A DNA stretch of 64,000 nucleotides, from positions 576,001-640,000 of the forward strand of contig CAWJIM010000019.1 in assembly GCA_963842945.1 (NCBI GenBank). Direction: 5' to 3'. The notes under the pieces are model-generated. The model saw only the letters and a program-made list of their open reading frames with translations, searched no databases and had not been told where the DNA came from. Shown here in pieces: positions 23,216 through 32,810 of the stretch. This DNA is from an uncultured Gemmatimonadales bacterium (GTDB lineage Bacteria > Gemmatimonadota > Gemmatimonadetes > Gemmatimonadales > GWC2-71-9). The first letter of the stretch is position 1. Each line of letters begins with the position of its first letter. Position numbers and translations under genes: made by a program.

Positions 23216-24382
23216 ATGACCCGGATTCTCCCCGACGACGACCAGCATGGCTTCGCGACCCGCGCGGTGCACGCCGGGCAGGTGGTCGAGCCCCTGGCCG
23301 GCGCGGTGATGACGCCCATCTACCAGACCTCCACCTACGTGCAGGAGGGACTCGGCCGCCACCGCGGCTACGAGTACGCGCGGACCCAGAACCCCACCCG
23401 CGAGGCCCTCGAGCGCAACGTGGCCAGCCTCGAGGATGGGCGGCACGGCTTCGCCTTCGGCTCCGGGCTGGCCTCGCTGGACGCGGTGCTGAAGCTCCTT
23501 CGCGCGGGCGACCACGTCGTCTGCGGCGACAACGTCTACGGCGGCACCCAGCGGCTGATGGAGCAGATCTACGCCGGACTCGGGCTGACGTTCACCTTCG
23601 TGGACATGCGCGAGGTGGCCAACGTCGAGCGTGCCCTCACGCCCGCGACCCGCGTGGTGTACTGCGAGACGCCCACCAACCCGATGATGAACCTGGTGGA
23701 CCTCGCCGCGCTCGGCGACCTGACCCAGGCGCACGGCTACCTCTTCGTGGTGGACAACACCTTCGCCACACCGTTCTTCCAGCGTCCGTTGGAGTACGGC
23801 GCGGACATCGTGCTCCACTCCACCACCAAGTATCTCAACGGTCATAGCGACATGGTGGGCGGCCTGCTGGTGACGTCGCGCGACGACCTCGCGGAGCGTC
23901 TCGGTTTCATCCAGAACGCCGCCGGCGCGGTGCCGGGGCCGATGGACTGCTGGCTGGCGCTGCGCGGTATCAAGACCCTGCCCCTCCGCATGCGTCAGCA
24001 CGACGCCAACGGCCGTCGGATCGCGGAGTGGCTCGCCACGCGGAAGGACGTTCCCAAGGTCTACTACCCCGGACTCCCCTCGCATCCGCAGCACGAGCTC
24101 GCCTGCCGGCAGATGGGCGGCTTCGGCGGAATGATCTCGATCGAGCTCGGCGATCCGGCACGCGCCCGCCGGGTGGTCGAGCGGACGAAGGTCTTCGCCC
24201 TCGCCGAGTCGCTGGGGGGCGTGGAGAGCCTGATCGGCCATCCGGCGACCATGACCCACGCCGCGGTCCCGGTCGCCATGCGGCAGGCGATGGGGCTCTC
24301 CGACAGCCTGGTCCGGCTGAGCTGCGGCATCGAGGACGCGGAAGACCTGATCGCGGACCTGGACCAGGCGCTGGCGGGGTAG
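23216..24382 (+). CDS. Cystathionine gamma-synthase/gamma-lyase (Cys/Met metabolism PLP enzyme)
   Basis: FATRAVHAG, PIYQTST, YARTQNPT, ETPTNP, VDNTF, HSTTKYLNGHSD, AESLGGVESL. Confidence 0.93.
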   Translation: MTRILPDDDQHGFATRAVHAGQVVEPLAGAVMTPIYQTSTYVQEGLGRHRGYEYARTQNPTREALERNVASLEDGRHGFAFGSGLASLDAVLKLLRAGDHVVCGDNVYGGTQRLMEQIYAGLGLTFTFVDMREVANVERALTPATRVVYCETPTNPMMNLVDLAALGDLTQAHGYLFVVDNTFATPFFQRPLEYGADIVLHSTTKYLNGHSDMVGGLLVTSRDDLAERLGFIQNAAGAVPGPMDCWLALRGIKTLPLRMRQHDANGRRIAEWLATRKDVPKVYYPGLPSHPQHELACRQMGGFGGMISIELGDPARARRVVERTKVFALAESLGGVESLIGHPATMTHAAVPVAMRQAMGLSDSLVRLSCGIEDAEDLIADLDQALAG

Positions 24383-24391
24383 GGCACAAGC

Positions 24392-24458
24392 TGTCACCCT
24401 GAACGAAGTGAAGGGGGCCATGCCGGCTATCGGCCCCTTCGCTCCACTCAGGGTGACA
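24392..24458 (+). repeat. Palindromic repeat element copy 2
   Basis: TGTCACCCTGAACGAAGTGAAGGGG...CCCCTTCGCTCCACTCAGGGTGACA. Confidence 0.92.
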
Positions 24459-24523
24459 GGTTCCAACTTGAAACATGCGGGCCGAAGTCCCGTAAATGCA
24501 GCATCCCCAACCCCGAGCGACCC

Positions 24524-25537
24524 ATGACGTCCCTCCCAGCTCCCCGTTCCCGCCGCACCTTCCCGGAGATCTCCGCGGTCTCCTGGGAGCACCCGGCCGA
24601 TCGCGCCGCCCTCCAGGCGCTCCGCGCCGTGCCCGGGGTGGACGAGGTGATCCGCAAGGTCCTCGCGCTGCTCGGCGGCGAGCGCGGCGTGCGGCTCCTC
24701 TTCCAGGGCAACGCGATCCGGATTGGGCCGACGCAGTTCCCCCGGCTCTGGCACCTCCACACCGAGGTCACCACCACGTTCGACTGGCCCGACGTGCCCG
24801 AGGTGTACGTCTCCCAGACGCCCTTCTTCAACGCCGGCGCCTACGGGCTCGACAAGCCGTTCATCGTCGTCCATTCGGCGGCGATCGAGCTGCTCGACGA
24901 CGACGAGCTGCGGGTCCTCATGGCCCACGAGCTGGGCCACGTGATGAGCGGTCACGCGCTCTACCGCACCATCGCCGCCGTGCTCGCACTGATCAGTCTC
25001 GGCGCGCTGCCGATGCTCGCGAGTCTCGTCGTGCTCCCGGTCCGGCTGGCGTTTCTCGAGTGGTCCCGCAAGTCCGAGCTCTCGGCCGACCGCGCCGGGC
25101 TCCTCGGCGGGCAGGACGTGGCGGTCGCGCAGCGGGTGGACATGAAGATGGCCGGCGGCGGCCGGGGCGAGGCGTTCGCGGGACAGCTCAACGTGGAAGC
25201 CTTCATGCAGCAGGCCCACGAGTACGCGGCGAGCGGCGAGGGGCTGGACGTGGTGTACAAGGTGCTGAGCACGCTCGCGCTCACCCATCCGATGCACACC
25301 GTGCGCGCCGCCGAGCTCCAGCGATGGGTTGCTTCGGGCGACTACGATCGCATCCTCCGCGGCGAGTACGTGCGCCGGGGCCCGGAGACCGCCCAGCGTC
25401 CGATAGCCGACGACTTCGCCGCCGCCAGCGACTACTACTCGGCCGAGGCCCGGGCAGTAGCCAACCAGGTGGCGGAGGCCGCGCGGCGGGCGGCGGAGCG
25501 GGCGCGCGACGCCTTCCGGAAGGCGCAGAAGTCGTGA
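24524..25537 (+). CDS. M48-family Zn metallopeptidase
   Basis: EHPADRAAL, HELGH, ELSADRAG, THP. Confidence 0.88.
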   Translation: MTSLPAPRSRRTFPEISAVSWEHPADRAALQALRAVPGVDEVIRKVLALLGGERGVRLLFQGNAIRIGPTQFPRLWHLHTEVTTTFDWPDVPEVYVSQTPFFNAGAYGLDKPFIVVHSAAIELLDDDELRVLMAHELGHVMSGHALYRTIAAVLALISLGALPMLASLVVLPVRLAFLEWSRKSELSADRAGLLGGQDVAVAQRVDMKMAGGGRGEAFAGQLNVEAFMQQAHEYAASGEGLDVVYKVLSTLALTHPMHTVRAAELQRWVASGDYDRILRGEYVRRGPETAQRPIADDFAAASDYYSAEARAVANQVAEAARRAAERARDAFRKAQKS

Positions 25538-26823
25538 GGCTGCTGGTCGTCGGCTCGGGCGGGCGGGAGCACGCGCTCTGCTGGACACTCCGGCGCGAAG
25601 ACCCGGGCGCGGACCTCTACTGTGCGCCGGGCAATCCCGGTACCGCGGAGCTCGCCACCAACCTCTCCATTCCCGCCGACGATCTGGACCGACTCGCCGA
25701 CGCGGCCGACATGCACGGCATCGATCTCACCGTCATCGGTCCCGAAGTGCCGCTCGCGCGCGGCCTCGCCGACCGGCTTCGGGCCGAGGGTCGCGCGGTC
25801 TTCGGACCCGGCGCCGCCGCGGCACAGATCGAGGCGTCGAAGGCGTTCGCCAAGGAAGTGATGGCCGCCGCGGGTATCCCTACCGCATCGAGCCGCACCT
25901 TCGACGAGCTCGGGGCGGCCATGGCCTACGTGGCGGATCATCCCGAGCCCCTCGTGGTGAAGGCGTCGGGCCTGGCCGCCGGGAAGGGTGCGGTAGTCTG
26001 CGAGACACGAGCGGAGGCCGCGTCCACGCTGCAGGCGATGCTCGGCGACGGCAGGTTCGGAGACGCGGGCCGCACCGTGGTCGTGGAGTCATTCCTGCGG
26101 GGCGAGGAAGTGTCCGTCCTCGCGATCACCGACGGGACCGAAGTCGAGCTCCTGCCGGCCTCCCAGGACCACAAGCGGCTGCTCGAGGGAGACGCCGGGC
26201 CCAACACCGGCGGGATGGGTGCGTACAGTCCGGTGTCGGTGGCTACCGCGGACTTGCTGGAGCGCACGCGAGCCGAGGTGCTCCTTCCCGCCCTGGGCGA
26301 GCTGCGTCGCCGGGGCGCGCCGTTCACCGGCGTGCTGTACGCCGGTCTGATGGTGGACGACGAGGGCGCGCCGTGGGTCGTGGAGTTCAACTGCCGGCTG
26401 GGCGACCCGGAGACGCAGGTCGTCCTGCCATTGGTTGCCGGCGGGCTCACGCGCTCGTTGTGGGCGGTGGCGCGAGGCGAGGCGCCGACGCCGCTGGACC
26501 TTCTGCCCGGCGCGGCCTCGGTGACCACGGTGCTCGCCAGCCGCGGCTACCCCGATGCGCCCGCGAAGGGCGCGGCCATCACCCTGCCCCGCCAGCTTCC
26601 TGAGGGCGTCACGATCTTCCACGCGGGAACGGCCCGCGGCGCGGACGGCGTGCTCCGGGTGCACGGGGGTCGGGTGCTGAATGTGACCGCCGTCGCCTCC
26701 AGCTTCGCCGAGGCGCAGCGGCTCAGCCGTGAGACGGCGGAGGCGATCCGGTACGAGGGCAAGATCTACCGCCGCGACATCGGCTGGCGCGAGGCGGCGA
26801 GGCTCGCCGGAGTTCCCCGCTAG
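25534..26823 (+). CDS. purD: Phosphoribosylamine--glycine ligase
   Basis: VVGSGGREHAL, APGNPG, KASGLAAGKG, QDHKR, GPNTGGMGAY, EFNCRLGDPE, YRRDIG. Confidence 0.97.
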   Translation: MRLLVVGSGGREHALCWTLRREDPGADLYCAPGNPGTAELATNLSIPADDLDRLADAADMHGIDLTVIGPEVPLARGLADRLRAEGRAVFGPGAAAAQIEASKAFAKEVMAAAGIPTASSRTFDELGAAMAYVADHPEPLVVKASGLAAGKGAVVCETRAEAASTLQAMLGDGRFGDAGRTVVVESFLRGEEVSVLAITDGTEVELLPASQDHKRLLEGDAGPNTGGMGAYSPVSVATADLLERTRAEVLLPALGELRRRGAPFTGVLYAGLMVDDEGAPWVVEFNCRLGDPETQVVLPLVAGGLTRSLWAVARGEAPTPLDLLPGAASVTTVLASRGYPDAPAKGAAITLPRQLPEGVTIFHAGTARGADGVLRVHGGRVLNVTAVASSFAEAQRLSRETAEAIRYEGKIYRRDIGWREAARLAGVPR

Positions 26824-26853
26824 GGCGCACCGGCCGTTTACATTCCGGGCGCA

Positions 26854-27678
26854 ATGCCCGAGCTCCCCGAAGTCGAAACCATCGTCCGCGACATCCGCCC
26901 CGCCCTGCTCGGCCGCCGCTTCGACCACGTCTCTCTGAGCCACGAGGACGTGCTGCGCGGCGTCACCCGGCGCCGTCTGGTGCGCGGGCTCACCGGGGCG
27001 ACCGTGCACGAAGTGTCCCGGCGCGCCAAGCACGCGGTGCTCGACCTCGGCACGAAGCGGCTCGTGGTGCAGCCGGGAATGACGGGTTCGCTCGTCGTAC
27101 ACCCTCGCCCACTGGCCGGCGACGATCGTCGGTATGCCGTCCTGCGCGCGCAGCTCGACGACGGTCGCGAGCTGGTGTATCGCGACGTCCGCCGGCTGGG
27201 CACGCTGCTCCTCCTCGACGCTCGCGGGTGGGAGCGCTACGACCGCGCGATCGGCCCCGAGCCGCTCGACCCCGGCTTCACCCCCGAGCGCCTGGGTACG
27301 GCCCTGGGCCGCTCACGCCAGGCGGTGAAGAAGGTGATCATGGATCAGAAGCACCTGGCCGGCGTCGGGAACATCTACGCCAACGAGGCGCTCTACGCGG
27401 CAGGGATCGACCCCTCCAAGGCGGCGCGCAAGCTCACGCCGGAGGATCACCGCCGGCTGCATGCGGAGATCCGGCGCATCCTTCAGGCGGCGATCCGCTC
27501 CAACGGTACCACGGTGCGCGACTATCGCACCGGCACCGGCGAGGAGGGGAACTTTCAGCTCGAGCTCCTGGCCTATGGCCGCGAGGGTGAGCCCTGTCGC
27601 CGGTGCGGCACCCGGCTCACGGGCACGCACACCATCGACGCCCGCATCACCGTCTTCTGCCATCGCTGTCAATCGTGA
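26854..27678 (+). CDS. mutM: Formamidopyrimidine-DNA glycosylase
   Basis: MPELPEVE, RRAK, GMTG, AGVGNIYANE, C-terminal Zn finger. Confidence 0.96.
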   Translation: MPELPEVETIVRDIRPALLGRRFDHVSLSHEDVLRGVTRRRLVRGLTGATVHEVSRRAKHAVLDLGTKRLVVQPGMTGSLVVHPRPLAGDDRRYAVLRAQLDDGRELVYRDVRRLGTLLLLDARGWERYDRAIGPEPLDPGFTPERLGTALGRSRQAVKKVIMDQKHLAGVGNIYANEALYAAGIDPSKAARKLTPEDHRRLHAEIRRILQAAIRSNGTTVRDYRTGTGEEGNFQLELLAYGREGEPCRRCGTRLTGTHTIDARITVFCHRCQS

Positions 27679-28780
27679 GCCCACGCCGTCTTCGAAGACC
27701 CGCGCCCACCCCGGTCACCGACCTCCAGGCTCTCCGCCGCCGCTTGGGCGAGCGGGTCGAGAACCGCCCCGCGGTCTACCGGATGCTCGATCCCGAGGGC
27801 CGGATCATCTACGTCGGCAAGGCCAAGCGGCTTCGCACCAGGCTGCTCACCTACTTCCGCGCCGTCTATCCGGACGACAAGGCGGCGCGGATTCTGTATG
27901 CCACCCATGACATCGCCTGGGACTACACGCCCAGCGAGTTCTCCGCCTATCTCGGCGAGCTGCGGGCCATCAAGCGGTATCGGCCTCAGTTCAATTACCG
28001 CGGCAACCTGACCCGCCGGGCCGTGTTCATCAAAGTCTCCCGCGGGCCCGCGCCACGGGTCTCCGCCGGCGAGACCATCGGCCGTGACGACGCCCGGTGC
28101 TACGGACCCTTCCGTTCGCTGGCTCGCACCGGCGAGGCGGTACGGACCCTGAACGACCTGTTGGGTCTCCGCGACTGCGCGGCAACCACGCCGATGCTGT
28201 TCAGCGGCCAAGGCGACCTCTTCGGCTCGACCCGCCAGGCCGGGTGCATGCGCCATGAGTTCGGGTTCTGTACCGGGCCGTGCGCGGGATTCGTGGCGGA
28301 GCTGGAGTACCATCGCAGGCTGGAGACCGCGCTCGCGTTCCTGGAGGGGCGTACCATCCAGCCGATTGACCGGGTGGTGAGCGCGATGCAGGAGGCGTCC
28401 CTCACCGACCGTTTCGAGGTGGCGGCGCGCTGGCGGGAGAAGTTCGAGCACCTGGAGTGGCTGCTCGCCGCCACCAGTCGGGCGCGCACGGCGGTGGACA
28501 TGCTGACGTTCGTCTATCGCGATCCAGGCACCTATGGCGACGACAGGATCTACCTCGTTCGCCAGGGCGTGGTCCGAGCGTCCTTTCCCGATCCCACCAC
28601 GCCTATCGAAATGGAGGCTTTCCGCGCGGTGGTCGCGGCGGAGACGGCCCGTCCCGACCCGCAGCCCGGGCCGCTCCCGCTCGAATCGGTGGACGAGATC
28701 CTCCTGCTCATGTCATGGTTCCGCGCCCACCCCGATGCGCTCCGCCACACCGCACCGCTCGCTGATTGGCTGCCGGACCA
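27675..28780 (+). CDS. UvrC N-terminal-like (Cho-like) GIY-YIG nuclease; no in-frame stop before the next gene, end approximate
   Basis: AVYRM...IIYVGKAKRLRTRL, YGPF, four-Cys region, UVR-like MQEAS...FEVAARWRE; GTGA overlap with mutM. Confidence 0.75.
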
Positions 28781-28952
28781 ATCGTCCTCGGGAGGGGACA
28801 CCTCCGAGGCCGGCGACGACGGCCATGCTCGCTTCAAAAGACCTTCTCACAACGATTTAGATAACTGCAGGACCTGGCACCCTGCGTGCCTGCCTCCACC
28901 TGGTCCGTCGGCGCCACCCCGGCGTCGGCGCGAGAAACACATGGAGGCGATC

Positions 28953-29567
28953 ATGATTCGACTGCTCTGTGCCGGCGCCGTCGCCGGCCTCCTTCTCGCC
29001 GCGCCGCTCGAGGCACAGAGCGGCCGGCCAGGCTCGTTCGGTATCACTCCCTATGCTGGCTACATGAGGTTCGGCACCCTGGTGGACGGTCCGCTCGGCA
29101 CCAGCGTGCGGGGCGCAGGGAGCCCCGTCTACGGCGCCGAGGCGACTCTTGGTATCACGCCCGGACTGGCGCTGGTCGGCAACGTGGCCTACGCCAGCTC
29201 GGACCTCGAGGTCGGCGTGCCTGTAGTAGGCGGTCTCTCGCTCGGCAAGAGCTCCGCGCTGCTCTATGACGCCGCGCTCCGGCTCAGCGTGCCGGTCTCT
29301 GCCGGTGGGATCCGGCCGTTCGTGCAGGGCGGCGCCGGTGCGATGCGACAGGAGGTGGATGTCGCCGGCGTCGGAACCCACTCCACCAACTTCGCCTACA
29401 ACCTTGGCGCCGGCGTCGAGGTGCCCGTCGGTTCGCGGCTCGGACTGCAGCTGATGGCGAAGGACTACATCGGAAAGTTCGATGCCCGGGAGGCGACGTC
29501 GGTGAACGTGAACACCGAGACGGCGCACAACTGGACGTTGAGCGCGGGGGTGAGGCTGGGACTCTAG
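28953..29567 (+). CDS. Outer-membrane beta-barrel protein (OmpA-TM-like)
   Basis: GGAGG SD, signal peptide ending LEAQ, amphipathic strands, ends SAGVRLGL. Confidence 0.75.
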   Translation: MIRLLCAGAVAGLLLAAPLEAQSGRPGSFGITPYAGYMRFGTLVDGPLGTSVRGAGSPVYGAEATLGITPGLALVGNVAYASSDLEVGVPVVGGLSLGKSSALLYDAALRLSVPVSAGGIRPFVQGGAGAMRQEVDVAGVGTHSTNFAYNLGAGVEVPVGSRLGLQLMAKDYIGKFDAREATSVNVNTETAHNWTLSAGVRLGL

Positions 29568-29575
29568 GATAGCGA

Positions 29576-29642
29576 TGTCACCCTGAACGAAGTGAAGGGG
29601 ACCATGCTCGATATGGCCCCCTTCGCTGCGCTCAGGGTGACA
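29576..29642 (+). repeat. Palindromic repeat element copy 3 (between convergent genes)
   Basis: TGTCACCCTGAACGAAGTGAAGGGGACCATGCTCGATATGGCCCCCTTCGCTGCGCTCAGGGTGACA. Confidence 0.93.
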
Positions 29643-29649
29643 ATGTCGC

Positions 29650-30141
29650 TCACTCCTCGTCGAACGGCGCCAGCGGCACCAGCCGGCCGCGAGGCGGAAT
29701 GCCCGGCTCCAGCTCCAGAATCCCCACCGACGGCGGCAGCCGGAAGCGCCTTGGTCCCGCCCCGCCGGGGTTCATCACCGTCACCACTTCGTCCACCAGC
29801 GTCAGCACCGGCCGGTGGGTGTGCCCGAAGACGATGATCTCCGCCCGTGGAAAGGCCGCCTGCACCTTCTCCGGGGTCGGGACCCCGAACTGGTCGCCGT
29901 GAGTGACGACGACTTCGAACCCGTCGAGCTCGACGGTCGCCACCTGCGGCAGCTGCGAGCGGATGTCCCAGCCGTCGGTGTTGCCGTAGACGGCCGTGAC
30001 CGGCGCGATCGCGCCGAGCTCGGTGAGAATGTCCGGCGGCCCCACGTCCCCGCCATGAAGGATGTGGTCCACCTCGCGAAACACCTCGAAGACCTCGGGC
30101 CGGAGCAGACCGTGGGTATCGGAAATCACGCCGAGTCGCAT
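29650..30141 (-). CDS. YfcE-like metallophosphoesterase
   Basis: ISDTHG, HGGD, GNTD, THG, FGHTH, NPG. Confidence 0.9.
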   Translation of the reverse strand: MRLGVISDTHGLLRPEVFEVFREVDHILHGGDVGPPDILTELGAIAPVTAVYGNTDGWDIRSQLPQVATVELDGFEVVVTHGDQFGVPTPEKVQAAFPRAEIIVFGHTHRPVLTLVDEVVTVMNPGGAGPRRFRLPPSVGILELEPGIPPRGRLVPLAPFDEE

Positions 30142-30144
30142 GCG

Positions 30145-31282
30145 CTACTGCGGCAGCTCGCCGAAGGCGGCGAGGATCTCGGTCGAGGTGAAGGCACAGT
30201 GGCCGAATCGCTCGACGTCCCGCCGTGCGACCCGGCCGTCGGCCCCTGCCGCGATCGCCTTCGCTTCGTAGAGCGGCTGATGGAAGAAGGGCACGATCGG
30301 ATCGCCGGTCGTGTGGAGCAGCGAGAGCGGCACCCCGGGATCGCCGGTCGTCTCGAAGCGCTGGAGCGCGGCTCGCGCGGGCGGATCCGCGGAGATGCGC
30401 TCGACGCCGGCGTTCAACGCCTCGTCGTCCTGCGAGCCCGCGTACACGCGATCGGCATTGTCGTACGGCTGGCCACCCAGCCGCGCTTGCGCGTCGGCAC
30501 TGCCGAGGACGTTGTATCGCAGCAAGCCGACGACGGTCTCCGCGAGCGTCGCGTCGTCGACCCCTTCGGCGGGGATGCCCGTGACGGCCGCGAGCTCCGC
30601 ACCGCGCTCGGGGTCGGCTTGAATCGCCGCGGCGACGGCCGGCGCGTAGGTGGAAGTCCAGCCCTCCACCAACTCGGCGGGCGGATCGCTCGCACTCCCG
30701 GGGAGGACTCCGGAGAAGAGGTGGTCGAACACCACGCGGACGTCGTTGAGGTAATCGATCTGGCGCGCGAAGTCGCCGATGGGACCGCACGCCGCGAGCG
30801 CGCCGGTGAAGCGCTCGGGCTCCCGCTCGACCGTCAGCGTCGCGACGAGGCCGCCCTCCGAGACTCCGACGATGTACACCCGGGCGGGGTCGGGCCGCAC
30901 GGTCCGTCGCACCAGGTCCACCAGCTCGAGCACGTCGTCCACCGCTGCGTCGGCCACCAGGCCGTTGGCACGGTAGCTCGTCGCGGCGTAGGCATAGCCC
31001 AGGGCATTGATCAGGTCTTCCACCGGTGCGCCGCCGAGCTCGTTCTCGGGCACGGCGAGCGGTGCCTGGGGCTCGACGTAGCCATGCGCGTAGACGATCA
31101 GGTCACCGTTCCAGTCCGCGGGGAAGCACACCCGGGTGAGCGCGCCTTCCGCGCGTGCCGTCGGTGCAGCCGACCACCGGCGGCTCGCCCTCGTCCACCG
31201 GGGACTGTCCGTCGTCGCCGTCGCCGCATCCCGCGAGCGCGACCGCGGCCACCACCGCCGCCCACCCGACGCGCCTCGTCAC
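30145..31282 (-). CDS. Lipoprotein alpha/beta hydrolase; apparent frameshift at ~31152
   Basis: Lipobox LAGC from GTG 31282 (coupled to ubiX stop); YAHGY, GVSEGG nucleophile elbow, GDP, GHC. Confidence 0.75.
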
Positions 31283-31878
31283 CGGGGGACGTCGCCGGTC
31301 CAGCGGCGCGCGATCTCGATCTCCAGCTCGAGCTGATCGAGCACCCGCTGCACGATGAAGTCCACCAGCTCGCCGACGCTCGACGGGCGGTGATAGAAGC
31401 CCGGCGCCGCCGGGATGACCACCGCGCCGGCTTCGGTCACCGTCACCAGGTTCCTGAGGTGGACCAGCGAGAGCGGCGTCTCCCTCGGCACGAGGACCAG
31501 CTTGCGCCGCTCCTTCAGCGTCACGTCCGCGGCCCGCTCCACCAACGAGCGCGAGGTGCCGGCGGCGACCGCCGCGACGGTGCCCATGGAGCAGGGACAG
31601 ATCACCATGCCCCGGGTCTGTTGCGAGCCGGAGGCGGGAAGCGCCCCGCGATCACCGTCGGAGAACGGCACCACCGAAGACCAGTCTCCGCCGGTGGCCT
31701 CCCGGAGCGTCTCCAGCGAGCCGATGCCGCATTCGGCATCGAGCAGGCGCATCCCGTGGGACGAGACGATCAGCCAGACCGGCACCCGGTGCCGCGCCAG
31801 CACTTCGAGCAGCCGCACGCCGTACGGCGCGCCGGAAGCGCCGGTGATCGCGAGGACGACGGGGCGCGCCGCGCTCAC
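31279..31878 (-). CDS. ubiX: Flavin prenyltransferase
   Basis: ITGASGAPY, ASGS, PCSMGT, RAADVTLKERRKLVLVPRETP, PGFY. Confidence 0.95.
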   Translation of the reverse strand: MSAARPVVLAITGASGAPYGVRLLEVLARHRVPVWLIVSSHGMRLLDAECGIGSLETLREATGGDWSSVVPFSDGDRGALPASGSQQTRGMVICPCSMGTVAAVAAGTSRSLVERAADVTLKERRKLVLVPRETPLSLVHLRNLVTVTEAGAVVIPAAPGFYHRPSSVGELVDFIVQRVLDQLELEIEIARRWTGDVPR

Positions 31879-31882
31879 CGGG

Positions 31883-32810
31883 TCAGCGCACCAGGCGGTC
31901 GAGCAGGGCGAACCCGAACACCGTGACGCTCATGATGCCGTTCATGGTGAAGAATGCCGCGTCGAGCCGCGAGAGGTCGCCCGGACGCACCAGGCTGTGC
32001 TCGTAGGCGAGGATCGCCGCCGCCGCGGCCAGGCCGGCGTAGTACCAGAGCCCGAAGCCCATGCCATAGCCGAACAGCGCCAGGGCCGGGATGGTGATCC
32101 CGTGCAGGAGCTTGGCGGCCAGGATCGCGCGCGGCTCACCCAGCCGCACCACGGCGCTCCTCAGGCCCTCCCGACGATCGAAGGCCTCGTCGGGGAGGGC
32201 GTAGAAGATGTCGAACCCGGCCACCCAGGTCGCGACCGCGAGCGCCACCGCGAGGAGCGGCCAGGCCGGCGCGCTCCACCGTCCCGTCACCGCGAGGTAT
32301 CCGCCGACCGGCGCGATCGCCAGGCTGAGGCCCAGCCAGAGGTGCGGCCACCAGGTGAATCGCTTGCTCAGGCTGTAGGTCAGGATCCACGCGAGCGCGA
32401 CCGGGCTCAGCAGAAGACAGAGCCGGTTCAGCGCACCGGCGGCGAGCATGAAGATGGCGGAGGCCGCCAGCACCGAGGCCCACGCCTGGCCGAGCGTGAT
32501 CGCGCCTCGGGGCAGCTCCCGCGCCATGGTGCGCGGGTTCCGGGCGTCGAAGGCGCGATCCGCGATCCGGTTGAAGCCCATCGCCGCCCACCGCGCCGCG
32601 GAAAAGGCGATCACGACGAGGAGCACGAGTCTCGGCGTCACCGGGGCGGTCATCGAGGCCGCGAGCACGCCGAGCAGCGCGAACGGCAGCGCGAACAGGG
32701 TGTGGGGCAGCTTGACGAAGTTGACGTAGCGGACGAAGAGCGACTCGCCGGCGAAGGTCTGACCTTCGGCGGACGGGCGGACAGGCGGAAGGGCGGAAGG
32801 CTCGACTCAT
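31883..32810 (-). CDS. UbiA-family prenyltransferase (MqnP-like); probable ATG 32810 is out of frame with the body
   Basis: FVKLPHTLFALPF, AMGFNRIADRAFDARNPRT, YSLSKRFT, GFDIFYAL. Confidence 0.88.
32768..32799. repeat. Tandem octamer repeat GGCGGA(C/A)(G/A) x4
   Basis: GGCGGACG GGCGGACA GGCGGAAG GGCGGAAG; inverted partner CCGTCCGCC at 32833-32841. Confidence 0.8.

Noticed and set aside
27675..28780. GIY-YIG protein as mobiliser of the palindromic elements
   Set aside because: It is a UvrC/Cho-like repair protein coupled to mutM and is not flanked by element copies.
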